A DNA stretch of 64,000 nucleotides from Oscillospiraceae bacterium (GCA_035380125.1 DAOSWV010000013.1:1140-65139); one strand, 5' to 3'; shown: positions 25,191-35,498, numbered from the stretch's first letter. Numbers and translations are program-made. The notes: generated by a model from the letters alone, not told the origin.

Positions 25191-25239
25191 TTGACCGGGT
25201 GGTCAATTTGATTATAAACCCATTTGACCGGTCAGTCAA
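25191..25239 (-). promoter_or_regulatory. promoter with two TTGACC/GGTCAA palindromic operators (probable TetR sites)
   Basis: Minus strand: TTGACT (complement of 25234-25239), 17 nt, TATAAT (complement of 25211-25216). The palindromes are TTGACC-GGGT-GGTCAA (25191-25206) and TGACCGGTCA (25225-25234). Confidence 0.6.
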
Positions 25240-25330
25240 GAGGTTTTTGAAAAATATTTTTTGTTTTTATATAAAAATTTTCGGAGATATGATATATTGA
25301 ATTCGTAAATTTTTCGGGAGGATTATCGGA

Positions 25331-27376
25331 ATGCGGATTTATCGGGACTGCAAAATGACGAAAACCGAAGACGGGTTTATCATCGAAAACGATAAAATTA
25401 CGCGCAAAGTCGTTTTTTACGGCAACGTGCCCGTGACTGAATATATTGAAGATAAACAAAGCGGGTATCGGTGGAGTTCTCCGGCGAATCCGGCGGCGGC
25501 GTTTTATTTGCCGGTGCTGGATTTTAATAAGTGCAAAATCTCTTTTAACGGCTTCACCGACGACTGTTTGGGGCTTTCGCAAACCGGACTCGTGGCGGAG
25601 ACGGTTTTCGAAGCGGGAAACATCACGGTCAAATGGCAGAACGTGATTTTTCCGGGCATCGCTTTTGTCACGACAAAATTGTCCGTGATCGTCGGCGGGG
25701 AAATCGTTTTGGGTAAAACTGAGGACAAAGTCACAGTTAGTGAGGGCATCGAGAACGCTACGCTCGGGAAAAATACGGCTGCGACCGGCATTCTGTTTCC
25801 GCCGCCCGATACCATCGAGGCCATCCGCCTGAACAGCCGCCACACCCGCCTGACCCGCACACGGCTGATCGACGTCTCCGACCATCACAACAATTTTGTC
25901 GAGGAACAGACCGAGATCCCCTATCTGATGTGGGAACAGCGTTTCGACGGGCATTTCTTTTTGTTCGACGACTACATCCACGGGCGCGGGCTGATGCTGG
26001 TCAAGGAAGCGCCCTGTCCGGCGGGGCATCTTGCCAAAACCAAAGAGGATATGCGTACCTACAATGCCCACTACGCGTTTTTAACCGGCAGCGGCATCGA
26101 TTACGAAAACCTGCCGAAAAACGACGAGATCGCCCTTTATCAGGCCTCTGTGGGCGTCGGAGAGGCAGCGGCGCTGAACGATGAATATAAAAAGCTCTAC
26201 CGTGCGCAATACCGGGGTCTTGAGACCCGCGGGCTTTATATGATGAGCAACACTTGGGGCGACCGCAGCCAGGACGCGGCGGTCTGCGAATCATTTATGC
26301 TCGGCGAAATCGAGCGTGCGGCGCAGATCGGCATCGATGTGGTGCAGATTGACGACGGCTGGCAGAAAGGTAAAACAGCCAACTCGATTTTGGTGAAAAA
26401 TAAACTCTGGAGCGGCGATTATTACGACAGCGACCCGGATTTTTGGAAGCCGAATCTCGAAAAGTTCCCCGGCGGACTGGAGGTTATCGCAAAGGCCATC
26501 AAAGAAAAGGATTTGCAACTCGGGTTATGGTTTTCGCCCGATCTTGCGAACGATTACGAGTTATGGGAAAAAGATGCCGAGACGCTGCTGGGCCTGCACC
26601 GCAGATATGACGTGCGGTTTTTCAAATTGGACGGCATTATTTTGAAAAACAAGCAGAGCGAGATCAATCTGCTCAAGATGATGCGGCGGGTGACTACCGA
26701 GAGCGGCGGCAAGGTTTGGTTCAACATGGACATCACCGCGCAGATCCGGCTCGGACATCTGTATCAAAAGGAATACGGCAGCTTGTTCATCGAGAACCGC
26801 TACACCGATTCGGTGAATTATTATCCGCACTATACGCTGAAAAACGTGTGGGAGTTATCCAAATACATCCCGGTGGGCAAGTGCCAGTTCGAGCTTCTGA
26901 ACGTGCGCCGAAATGAGCAGAAATATAATGAGCGGTACGGCGAACCCGACCCGCTGCGTCCGGCGCTTTGGCCGATGGACACGGTGTTCGCCTGCACGAT
27001 GGTATCCTGCCCGCTGTTTTGGATGGAGATGAGCCATCTGGCCGACGAGGACGTGAAACTTCTGGCGGATATCGTGCGTATTTTTAAACAGCACCGCGAG
27101 CGGATGGCAGCGGGGAACGTCCGTCCGATCGGCGAATTGCCCGATGGAATGAGCTACACCGGTTTTGACATCGACTGCGGCGACGGTGGCTATCTGCTGT
27201 TGTTCCGTGAATTTTCGCAGGAGAAAACGCATTTTTATCCGACGGACAGCGCAGGGAGAGAATACAAGATACTCTACACCAACGGAGGCGGCACGATTGA
27301 AAAGGCCGACAGGGGTATTACGGTGAAACTCGAAAAGCCCGCGTCATTCCTCTTTGCCAAGTATCAAAAGCGCTGA
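25331..27376 (+). CDS. clan GH-D glycoside hydrolase (GH36-like alpha-galactosidase family)
   Basis: TIM-barrel motifs IDVVQIDDGWQKG and VRFFKLDGI resemble the GH36/GH27 catalytic regions. No signal peptide. Confidence 0.55.
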   Translation: MRIYRDCKMTKTEDGFIIENDKITRKVVFYGNVPVTEYIEDKQSGYRWSSPANPAAAFYLPVLDFNKCKISFNGFTDDCLGLSQTGLVAETVFEAGNITVKWQNVIFPGIAFVTTKLSVIVGGEIVLGKTEDKVTVSEGIENATLGKNTAATGILFPPPDTIEAIRLNSRHTRLTRTRLIDVSDHHNNFVEEQTEIPYLMWEQRFDGHFFLFDDYIHGRGLMLVKEAPCPAGHLAKTKEDMRTYNAHYAFLTGSGIDYENLPKNDEIALYQASVGVGEAAALNDEYKKLYRAQYRGLETRGLYMMSNTWGDRSQDAAVCESFMLGEIERAAQIGIDVVQIDDGWQKGKTANSILVKNKLWSGDYYDSDPDFWKPNLEKFPGGLEVIAKAIKEKDLQLGLWFSPDLANDYELWEKDAETLLGLHRRYDVRFFKLDGIILKNKQSEINLLKMMRRVTTESGGKVWFNMDITAQIRLGHLYQKEYGSLFIENRYTDSVNYYPHYTLKNVWELSKYIPVGKCQFELLNVRRNEQKYNERYGEPDPLRPALWPMDTVFACTMVSCPLFWMEMSHLADEDVKLLADIVRIFKQHRERMAAGNVRPIGELPDGMSYTGFDIDCGDGGYLLLFREFSQEKTHFYPTDSAGREYKILYTNGGGTIEKADRGITVKLEKPASFLFAKYQKR

Positions 27377-27396
27377 AAATTTTCATATATAGAAAA

Positions 27397-27425
27397 CCCT
27401 CTGCGTTTATGACGCAGGGGGTTTT
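27397..27425 (+). terminator. rho-independent terminator
   Basis: CCCTCTGCG-TTTATGA-CGCAGGGGG followed by TTTT. Confidence 0.75.
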
Positions 27426-27510
27426 AAATTTGAAATGTTTTTATCGGAAAATAAATTTTTCAAGGGGTATTGCTTTTTAAATACGGGTGTGGTATAACCA
27501 TATTGTACTT

Positions 27511-27532
27511 ATTAGTTAAGTAAGTAACTAAT
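27511..27532. promoter_or_regulatory. inverted repeat ATTAGTTA-N6-TAACTAAT (candidate MarR operator)
   Basis: Perfect 8-bp arms at 27511-27518 and 27525-27532. It lies between a TTGCTT-17-TATAAC promoter-like element (27471-27499) and the marR-like start. Confidence 0.5.
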
Positions 27533-27549
27533 TAATGAAGGAGAAAAGT

Positions 27550-27975
27550 ATGGAACCCAAACCGTTGATGTTGGTGATCAAACACACCTATAAAGAGTGG
27601 ACCAACTATATGCGCAAAATGGCGCTCGAATGCGGAATTCCGGATTCTTACCGGATGATCATCATACACCTCTCAAGGCATCCCGGCGCGAGCCAGAAGG
27701 ATGTGGCGGAGAACTGTCAAAAGACCTCCGCTGCCATCAGCCAGACGGTCAAGGAGATGCAGCTGACTGGATATATCACCAAAGAGACCGATGAAAAAGA
27801 CCAGCGTTTTGCCAAGCTGTATCTGACCGAAAAAGGGCAGGAAAGTGCGGATCGGCTCCGGGAAAAAATCCACGAGGCCGACCGTCTGATCACCTCGGTG
27901 GTCACGACTGAAAAAGAAGCGCAGATGATTGAATTTTTAGAGATGCTCTCCGAAACCATACAAACGAGGTTATAA
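27550..27975 (+). CDS. MarR-family transcriptional regulator
   Basis: Winged-helix pattern (ASQKDVAENCQKTSAAISQTVKEMQLTGYITKETDEKDQR). The ATG at 27550 follows an AAGGAG RBS. Confidence 0.85.
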   Translation: MEPKPLMLVIKHTYKEWTNYMRKMALECGIPDSYRMIIIHLSRHPGASQKDVAENCQKTSAAISQTVKEMQLTGYITKETDEKDQRFAKLYLTEKGQESADRLREKIHEADRLITSVVTTEKEAQMIEFLEMLSETIQTRL

Positions 27976-27981
27976 GTTTTT

Positions 27982-29709
27982 ATGTTGAAATATATCAAGA
28001 AATATTGGCATTGGTGCCTGCTGGCGCCGATTTTTATGCTGGGCGAAATCACGATGGACCTTTGGCAGCCGGATTTGATGGCGACGATTGTGGACGACGG
28101 CGTCATCGGGCAGAACATGAGCATTATTCTGACGATCGGTGTCAAAATGATTCTGCTGGTGCTGTTCGGCGGTTTCTGCGGGATCATGTCCGGCGTTTTT
28201 GCCAACTTTGCGGCGCAGTATTTCGGCAACGATCTGCGCAAGGACCTGTTCGGCAGGATCATGGATCTCTCCTTTGAGCAGACCGATAAAATCTCTACCG
28301 GCTCGCTGATCACCCGTATTACCAACGACGTCACCCAGGTGCAGAATGTGGTGATGCTTTCCATTCGATCAGTGGTTCGCAGCACCGCCATGTTTTTAGG
28401 CGGCATTTATATGCTGTACAGGCAGTCGCCGCGGTTTGCCGTGGTGGTCGCCTGCGGGCTGCCGTTTGTCGTTGCGATCGTGGTCTTTTTTATGAAAAAA
28501 GCCGCGCCGATGTTTGCGGTTGTTCAGGAAAAACTGGACGGCGTAAACAACGTCATGCAGGAGGATATCGCTGGTGCGCGCGTCGTTAAGGCCTATGTCA
28601 AGGAGGATTATGAACTCAGCCGTTTTGACAACGCGAACGACGCGCTTTACGGCATCAATCTGAAAGTGCAGTCCTTGCTGGCGTTTATGAGTCCGGGCAT
28701 GAACATCGTGTTGAATCTCTGCGTCGTCGGCATCATCTATATCGGGGGCATGACGGTTCAAAACAGCGGAAGCGTCACCACGGGTGAGATTATAGCCGCC
28801 ATCACCTATGTCGGGCTTATTCTGAACAGCGTGATGTTTATGGCGAATCTCTTTCAGACGATAACCCGCGCCAAGGCCTCTGCCGCTCGTATCAACGAGG
28901 TTTTGAATTGTGAGCGGGTCATCACCGGAGGCGGTTATGCGGAAAGTTCCGATCGCCGCGGTGAAGTGGAATTCAAGCATGTGAAATTCGCCTATCCCAA
29001 TTCCGGCGGCCGCGAAGTGCTGGAAGACATCAATCTGACCGTCCGCCGGGGTGAGACGCTGGCGGTTCTCGGCGCGACCGGCAGCGGTAAAACCTCGCTG
29101 ATCAACCTGATTCCGCGATTTTATGATGTGACGGAGGGCGAAGTGCTGGTGGACGGCGTCGATGTCAGGGAATACGACCTCACGGCGCTGCGGGATAAAA
29201 TCGCCGTGGTTCTCCAGAAAGCGGAACTGTATTCGCGCCCGATTGAGGCGAATATCCGTTGGGGCAAAGCTGACGCGACCCCGTGGGAGATCAAGAGCGC
29301 GGCGGAAATCGCCCAGGCGGACGACTTCATCTGCGCCACGCCGAACGGTTATTATACGCAGGTCACGGAAGGCGGGCATTCGCTCTCCGGCGGGCAGAAA
29401 CAGCGCATTTCCATTGCGCGTGCCGTGTTGAAAGACCCTGAAATCCTGATTTTCGACGACTCTTCCAGCGCGCTTGACTTGAAAACCGAGGCAAAACTGT
29501 ATGCGGCGCTGAAAAAAGAATGCCCCGACACCACCAAAATCATCATCGCCCAACGCATCGCCTCAGTCAAGGACGCGAATCGGATCGCCATCATCGACGG
29601 CGGCAGAATCACGGCCTGCGGGACGCATGAGGAGTTATTGAAAACGTCTCCGATCTATCGGGATATTTACAATTCGCAGCTGAAGAAAGGAGGCGAAATC
29701 GATGCGTGA
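27982..29709 (+). CDS. ABC exporter, fused permease and ATPase (half-transporter 1)
   Basis: Six-TM N-terminal half. Walker A GATGSGKTS, signature LSGGQKQR and Walker B ILIFDDSSSALD. Confidence 0.9.
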   Translation: MLKYIKKYWHWCLLAPIFMLGEITMDLWQPDLMATIVDDGVIGQNMSIILTIGVKMILLVLFGGFCGIMSGVFANFAAQYFGNDLRKDLFGRIMDLSFEQTDKISTGSLITRITNDVTQVQNVVMLSIRSVVRSTAMFLGGIYMLYRQSPRFAVVVACGLPFVVAIVVFFMKKAAPMFAVVQEKLDGVNNVMQEDIAGARVVKAYVKEDYELSRFDNANDALYGINLKVQSLLAFMSPGMNIVLNLCVVGIIYIGGMTVQNSGSVTTGEIIAAITYVGLILNSVMFMANLFQTITRAKASAARINEVLNCERVITGGGYAESSDRRGEVEFKHVKFAYPNSGGREVLEDINLTVRRGETLAVLGATGSGKTSLINLIPRFYDVTEGEVLVDGVDVREYDLTALRDKIAVVLQKAELYSRPIEANIRWGKADATPWEIKSAAEIAQADDFICATPNGYYTQVTEGGHSLSGGQKQRISIARAVLKDPEILIFDDSSSALDLKTEAKLYAALKKECPDTTKIIIAQRIASVKDANRIAIIDGGRITACGTHEELLKTSPIYRDIYNSQLKKGGEIDA

Positions 29710-31597
29710 ACAAAAGCACAACCCCGGGGAAGTTCCGGCGGGTTTTGAACATACGCAGACCTCGGAGGCCAGTTACCGGAAAGTTGAACAGAAAAAAACA
29801 CAGCAGATGGAATTCGGACCCCGCGGCGGTCCCGGGCGCAATATGGGACAGACGATCGAAAAGCCCAAAGCCGTGCAAAAAACGATTTCGCGCCTTTTGA
29901 AATATTTTGAAAACGAAAAGAAACTCTTGTGGCTTTTGGTCATATCGGTTGTGGCGGCGACGCTTGCCTCACTGGCCGCACCCGCGATGCAGGGCGATGC
30001 GATCGACCGGATCACGAAACTGGAGTGGAGCGGTTTCGGGCAGCTGCTGATCGTTTTACTGATCGTCTATTTTGTCTATACGGGCTGCACATTGGCGCAA
30101 ATGCTGATCTCGGCGCACCTGAGCCAACGCATCGTTCAGAAAATGCGTCACGACCTGTTTCGGAAAATCGACAATCTGCCGATTAAATACCTCGACACAC
30201 ATTCCAACGGCGACGTGATGAGCCGCATGACAAACGACGTCGAGAACATCTCGAATACGGTTTCGCAGAGCATGAGTTCGTTGATTTCCGGCATTTTGAC
30301 AATCCTCGGAACGATTGCGATCATGTCATGGTATTGCTGGCAGCTCACTTTGATCACGATGGCGACGGTGGTCATCACGGTGGTCGTGACCAAGAAGCTG
30401 TCAAGTGTCATGCGCCGCATTTACAAAAAGCGTGCGCAGGTCTTGGGGCGGCTGAACGGCCATTCCGAGGAGATGATCACCGGCTATAAATCCATCGTGG
30501 CTTACAGCCGGCAGAAAGACGTTGTCAGTGAGTTCAATGCGACCTCCGACGAACTGACGAAGGTCGGCATCAAAGCGGAAATTCTCGGCGGCTCCATGGG
30601 GCCGATTATGAACTGCATCTCCAACATCGGATTCGTCATCGTCGCGGCTTTCGGCGGGTATTTCGCGCTGACGGGACTGATCACGGTCGGCACGATTTCC
30701 GCGTTCATCATCTATGCGAGGCAGTTCTCGCGCCCGATCAACATGATCGCGCAGCTGTACGGCTCGGTGCAGACGGCGATGGCCGGCGCGGAACGCGTGT
30801 TTGAGCTGATCGACCAGCCCGATGAGGACAACAGCGGTGATCGGAATCTTGAAAAGGTGACGGGCGAAATTTCTTTCAAAGACGTCGATTTCTCCTACAT
30901 CCCCGACAAGCAGGTGCTGTATAAATTCGATTTGGATATCAAGCCGGGTCAGAAAATCGCGTTGGTCGGGGCGACCGGCAGCGGCAAAACGACGGTCGTC
31001 AATCTGCTGATGCGGTTTTACGACGTGGATTCGGGCGAAATTCAAATCGACGGCGTCAACATCAAGGACATCAAGCGCGACGAACTGCGCCATAACGTGG
31101 CCATCGTGCTTCAGGATACGGTGTTGTTTTCCGATACGATTGAACGGAATATCAAATATGCCAATCTCGACGCCTCCGATGAGCAGATGCGCTATGCGGC
31201 CGAGATGAGCAATTCCGTCTATTTTATCGAGCGTCTTCCCGAACAGTATCAGACGTTTTTGAAGCATGCGGGCGCAAATCTCTCGCACGGGCAGCGTCAG
31301 CTGCTTGCGATTGCGCGCGTGGTGCTGGCCGACCCGAAGATTTTGGTATTGGACGAGGCCACGTCGTCGGTCGATACGAGAACCGAAAAGCACATTCAGG
31401 ACGCCATGGTCAATCTGATGAAAAACCGGACGAGTTTGATCATCGCGCACCGGCTTTCCACGATTCAGGACGCCGACAAGATCGTTGTTATGGATCAGGG
31501 GCGTGTCGTCGAGAGCGGAAATCACGAGGAACTGCTGGCGCAGAAAAGCCGTTACTATTCGCTGTATATGACCCAGTTTGCCGGAAATCAGATTTAA
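29702..31597 (+). CDS. ABC exporter, fused permease and ATPase (half-transporter 2)
   Basis: [17 protein letters not shown] and ILVLDEATSSVD. It overlaps the preceding gene by 8 nt, the typical arrangement of a heterodimeric multidrug-type pair. Confidence 0.9.
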   Translation: MREQKHNPGEVPAGFEHTQTSEASYRKVEQKKTQQMEFGPRGGPGRNMGQTIEKPKAVQKTISRLLKYFENEKKLLWLLVISVVAATLASLAAPAMQGDAIDRITKLEWSGFGQLLIVLLIVYFVYTGCTLAQMLISAHLSQRIVQKMRHDLFRKIDNLPIKYLDTHSNGDVMSRMTNDVENISNTVSQSMSSLISGILTILGTIAIMSWYCWQLTLITMATVVITVVVTKKLSSVMRRIYKKRAQVLGRLNGHSEEMITGYKSIVAYSRQKDVVSEFNATSDELTKVGIKAEILGGSMGPIMNCISNIGFVIVAAFGGYFALTGLITVGTISAFIIYARQFSRPINMIAQLYGSVQTAMAGAERVFELIDQPDEDNSGDRNLEKVTGEISFKDVDFSYIPDKQVLYKFDLDIKPGQKIALVGATGSGKTTVVNLLMRFYDVDSGEIQIDGVNIKDIKRDELRHNVAIVLQDTVLFSDTIERNIKYANLDASDEQMRYAAEMSNSVYFIERLPEQYQTFLKHAGANLSHGQRQLLAIARVVLADPKILVLDEATSSVDTRTEKHIQDAMVNLMKNRTSLIIAHRLSTIQDADKIVVMDQGRVVESGNHEELLAQKSRYYSLYMTQFAGNQI

Positions 31598-31668
31598 ATT
31601 GACAAAAATGCCGATCAAAGATATTCTATAATCAGGAAGTCATAGAAACTGACAGAGGCGGAGGGATT

Positions 31669-32619
31669 TTGATGGCGGAAATTTATCTGGCGGGCGGCTG
31701 TTTTTGGGGTATGGAGAAATACATCGCGTCGGTGCGCGGGGTCAAGTCCACGCAGGTCGGTTATGCCAACGGCAAGACCGCGAATCCGACCTATCAGGAG
31801 GTCTGTCACAACGACACCGGCCATGCCGAGACGGTGGAAGTGGTTTACGATCCGAAAATCGTCCCGCTGGGCTTTTTGTTGGAACTTTACTATTCTGCAA
31901 TAGATCCGACTTCAATCAACAAGCAGGGAGGGGACACGGGAACCCAATACCGCACGGGCATCTATTACACGGATGAGGCCGATTTTCCGACAATCAAGCA
32001 GTCGATTCTGAAACTGCAGACGCGTTTGGACAAGCCGGTCGCGATAGAAGTCAAGCCGCTTGAAAATTTTTATCCCGCCGAGGAATATCATCAGAAATAC
32101 CTCGATAAAAACCCGGGCGGGTACTGCCATATCCGACCCGAAAAGTTTGAAAAAGCCGCGAACGCGGTCGTGAATCCGGCGGATTACGCCGCATCGGACG
32201 CGGAAACCCTGCAAAAGAAATTAAATGACATGCAGTTTGCGGTCACGCAGCAAAGCGCCACCGAGCCGCCGTTTCGCAACGAGTTTTTCGACCACTACCG
32301 TCCGGGCATCTATGTGGATATCACGACCGGAGAGCCGCTGTTTTCCTCCGTGGATAAGTTCGAATCAAGCTGCGGCTGGCCGGCGTTTTCCAAGCCGATT
32401 GACCCGAACGTCGTGCGCGAAAAAGACGACCTGACCTTCGGGATGGTCCGTACCGAGGTGCGCAGCCGGGTCGGGAATGCCCATTTGGGGCATGTGTTCG
32501 AAGACGGCCCGCAGGAAAAAGGCGGTCTGCGCTACTGCATCAACAGCGCGTCGCTGCGCTTTGTCCCCAAAGAGGACATGGAAAAAGAGGGCTACAGGTA
32601 TTTGCTCGATTTGGTGTAA
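31669..32619 (+). CDS. msrAB: bifunctional peptide methionine sulfoxide reductase MsrA/MsrB
   Basis: MsrA motif GGCFWG near the N-terminus. MsrB motifs CGWPAF and RYCINS lie in the C-terminal half. Confidence 0.92.
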   Translation: MMAEIYLAGGCFWGMEKYIASVRGVKSTQVGYANGKTANPTYQEVCHNDTGHAETVEVVYDPKIVPLGFLLELYYSAIDPTSINKQGGDTGTQYRTGIYYTDEADFPTIKQSILKLQTRLDKPVAIEVKPLENFYPAEEYHQKYLDKNPGGYCHIRPEKFEKAANAVVNPADYAASDAETLQKKLNDMQFAVTQQSATEPPFRNEFFDHYRPGIYVDITTGEPLFSSVDKFESSCGWPAFSKPIDPNVVREKDDLTFGMVRTEVRSRVGNAHLGHVFEDGPQEKGGLRYCINSASLRFVPKEDMEKEGYRYLLDLV

Positions 32620-32659
32620 ACTGATTTAAAAAAATAGATATGATCGTTAAATTAAAATC

Positions 32660-32696
32660 AAAATCGCCCTCGTATTAATGATACGGGGGCGATTTT
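32660..32696. terminator. bidirectional terminator
   Basis: AAAATCGCCCTCGTAT-TAATG-ATACGGGGGCGATTTT. Confidence 0.75.
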
Positions 32697-32712
32697 CAGA
32701 TGATAAAAGAAT

Positions 32713-34023
32713 TTAATATAGCATGATTGGAGCTTCCGGAAAGTCCTCAACATTTGACGAAATGGAGTTATATAAATTGCTGCCCCAAACCCAGAGATGT
32801 TCGTCTGAAGTTAAGGCGAAGGTAGCGAAACCTGCTTGAACTGAGATCACATCACCGGAAACCGGAATTTCTACCGGTGTATAGACAATAGCTGGGTTTG
32901 TGCCGATTCCCAAACTGGTATAATCAGAATCAGAGTTACCATTGTTGTTTTTCCCCCAGCCATAGAGGTTGCCGCTTTCGGAAATAGCATATGCGGTAAA
33001 GGCATTGCTGATGATACGCGTGATTTTTTCGGGAAGATCAATTTTTACAGGCACCGATGAAGACGTCACGGTTTCGTCAACACCGAGTTGTCCGACGTCA
33101 TTTGCGCCCCAAGCATATACGGTTCCGTCGTCCAGCAGTGCATAACTCGCACCGCGTCCTGCCGCCACACTGATAACAGTTCCTTCAAGTGCTACAGCGG
33201 CGGCATAGGATCGGTTATTCTCAATCAATTCCCCGTTTTCATCTAGTCCCTTTACAGTCAGGCCATCGCCGAGTTCTCCGTAGTAATTGCTGCCCCAAGT
33301 GTAGATCTTTCCGTCTGTACATAGTGCAATTAAATGAGTATCGTATCCGCAGACCATTATAGCTTCGGCGGGTAATTGAGCTGTAATAGGAACGGACGAC
33401 CATGTTTCATCAGTTGTTCCGAAGAGCTGTCCCTGTTCGTTCCAGCCCCAGATATATAATTCGCCGCTGATGCCCTTTGCCAGACCAACCATGCCATGCG
33501 CTTGAAAAATTTCCGAAATCGCTTCCGGAAGATCCTTTTGCATGGGTGTTGAATCGTAATTGAATGTGCTGCTGCTTTTCGGAAGTTCCGTTAATCCCCA
33601 AGTATAAACATTTCCGCTTTCACAGAGAGCTACGCAAAGAGCGCCCGGCGCCAAATCGACGACTTTTTCAGGGATATTGATCTTTGTGGGTTCATTGACG
33701 ATTTCGTCTTCCGTGGGCAGACCGAGACAGCCACGGCTATTATATCCCCAAGCATATAGTATACCATCATCGGTAAGGCCGTATGAGGAGCCACCGTCAG
33801 TAAATATTTTTACAAACTCAGAGAGTTTTATTGTCGCGTCCGTCGGTTCTGTTTCGTCGGAATTGACTTGGGACAGGATTGATTCAGAGCTGTTTGAAAC
33901 TTTACTGGGTGCGGACGAAACTATGGTTAACGCGCTATCCGATGACGTCGAAATATTTTTTGAACAGCTTAAGCATGTCGCCAGAAGCAGAAAAGATAAT
34001 AACATGATAAAAAATTTTTTCAA
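32713..34023 (-). CDS. secreted/lipid-anchored RCC1-repeat (beta-propeller) protein
   Basis: N-terminal signal peptide with Cys (LLLATCLSC). Repeated RCC1-type motifs: YAWGYNSRGCLG, YTWGLTE, YIWGWNEQGQLFG, YTWGSNYYGELGDG, YAWGANDVGQLG, YGWGKNNNG and WVWGSN. Confidence 0.75.
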   Translation of the reverse strand: MKKFFIMLLSFLLLATCLSCSKNISTSSDSALTIVSSAPSKVSNSSESILSQVNSDETEPTDATIKLSEFVKIFTDGGSSYGLTDDGILYAWGYNSRGCLGLPTEDEIVNEPTKINIPEKVVDLAPGALCVALCESGNVYTWGLTELPKSSSTFNYDSTPMQKDLPEAISEIFQAHGMVGLAKGISGELYIWGWNEQGQLFGTTDETWSSVPITAQLPAEAIMVCGYDTHLIALCTDGKIYTWGSNYYGELGDGLTVKGLDENGELIENNRSYAAAVALEGTVISVAAGRGASYALLDDGTVYAWGANDVGQLGVDETVTSSSVPVKIDLPEKITRIISNAFTAYAISESGNLYGWGKNNNGNSDSDYTSLGIGTNPAIVYTPVEIPVSGDVISVQAGFATFALTSDEHLWVWGSNLYNSISSNVEDFPEAPIMLY

Positions 34024-34052
34024 TGGTTGAGTTTCCTTTCAAATATAAATTT

Positions 34053-34090
34053 TATCATAGCCAGCGGTTTTTATACCGCTGGCTATGATA
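34053..34090 (-). terminator. terminator after the M23 peptidase gene
   Basis: 15-bp stem TATCATAGCCAGCGG / CCGCTGGCTATGATA. Confidence 0.65.
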
Positions 34091-34097
34091 AAGAAAA

Positions 34098-35249
34098 TTA
34101 ATATGGCATATTGGGGAAAAGCACATACGTGAATGGATCAAGAATGGTACTATCATTACCTGCTCTTACTTCAAAGTGGAGGTGATTCCCCGTGGAATTC
34201 CCCGTTGAACCTGTACGACCTAAGTATAATCCAGCAGCCACAGACAATGTCCCTCTTGAAATTTCAATGGTGTTTACAGATATTCCACGAGGCTCATCAG
34301 GATTTGGATAAGTCAGATAGGTAAATCCACCACGGAATATGGATAAATGAGCATAATATGCTATTATTCCAGTATCAGAGCATGTCAGCTTAATATAGTT
34401 GCCATAACTGACCATTACAAGGCCTTCTTCAGGGTCATTTTCATGACGTGTTAAATATTCTGCACTTCCGTTTGTGATGGCATATACAGAGGTTGTTGTA
34501 CCTACACCTCCGATATCAATACCATTATGCGAACCACTATAATCTTTAGTTCTATAACCACTGGTAATTGGTTTATTATAACCATATTGTGGAATTAAAA
34601 TATAACTTTCTGATACATATCCCCTTTTGTTTCCGCTAGATGTGTAGTATTCAATATGATACCAAGAGGAATTTTCTGCTTTTAACACGGTAATTAATTC
34701 TCTGTTACTGATCGTACCAATATCAGCATATGTGGTTCCGGGACCACCGTATACATGAACAGTGCTGCCATATGTATTTATGCCCAATATGTTGATATTG
34801 TTGTTTTCATAAGAAACAGAAGATAAACTACCCGAAAGAGATGTGCTTAAAATATAACCTCGTGTAGTTACGCCGTTTTTTGTATATTGAACCAAGTAAT
34901 ACGATCCTGATCTTTCGATTGCATAACCGCCCTGAGCATATGTAAGGGTTTCTCTAAGGACATAGCTCGTACTTGGCCCATAATAAACAGCGGCAGAACT
35001 TAATATTGTAACATATACATAAGAATCAGTGTTATTACCTGCGATGCGATAAGTTGATGTAATATCAGTTCCTCCGGAAACGGGAGATGTTATAGTACAA
35101 TCCCCATATTCACCATAGTCATAAACACCTTCAGTTTCACAACTTTCGTTTGAATTGAATGAATCTCCATCTCCTGCATAGACGGGTAGTGACAATGTTG
35201 TTATACACATGATAATTGTTATGATTATTGCGATTATTTTCTTTGACAT
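34098..35249 (-). CDS. secreted SH3b-domain M23-family metallopeptidase
   Basis: Signal peptide MSKKIIAIIITIIMCITTLSLPVYA. Two SH3b-like repeats are present. M23 motifs are HNGIDIGG (HxxxD) and GNHLHFEV (HxH). Confidence 0.8.
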   Translation of the reverse strand: MSKKIIAIIITIIMCITTLSLPVYAGDGDSFNSNESCETEGVYDYGEYGDCTITSPVSGGTDITSTYRIAGNNTDSYVYVTILSSAAVYYGPSTSYVLRETLTYAQGGYAIERSGSYYLVQYTKNGVTTRGYILSTSLSGSLSSVSYENNNINILGINTYGSTVHVYGGPGTTYADIGTISNRELITVLKAENSSWYHIEYYTSSGNKRGYVSESYILIPQYGYNKPITSGYRTKDYSGSHNGIDIGGVGTTTSVYAITNGSAEYLTRHENDPEEGLVMVSYGNYIKLTCSDTGIIAYYAHLSIFRGGFTYLTYPNPDEPRGISVNTIEISRGTLSVAAGLYLGRTGSTGNSTGNHLHFEVRAGNDSTILDPFTYVLFPNMPY

Positions 35250-35498
35250 TTTATTTCTTCCTTTCTTTTCATAGATGTATTTAAAGGTAAAATTACAATT
35301 ATAGGCATCATCGGTTCCTTTCAATATTTTCCGAATTTGTTATTAAATGATTGAATAATAACATTATATTCAATTATACAATAAATGTCAAGCAGTAAAT
35401 AACAAATTATTTACTATATTTTAAAATTTCATGGACGAGTGTTGAAATTTTTAATTATTAAAGTATAATTTAAGTAAAATCCGAAGCGGAGAATTATC

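Noticed and set aside
28396-31618. Very long antisense ORFs (28396-29553, 385 aa; 30401-31618, 405 aa) opposite the two ABC exporter genes.
   Set aside because: They lie entirely within CDS that carry unambiguous Walker A/B and signature motifs on the other strand. Their translations are Arg/Gly/His/Asp-rich with no motifs. These are typical shadow ORFs of GC-rich coding DNA.
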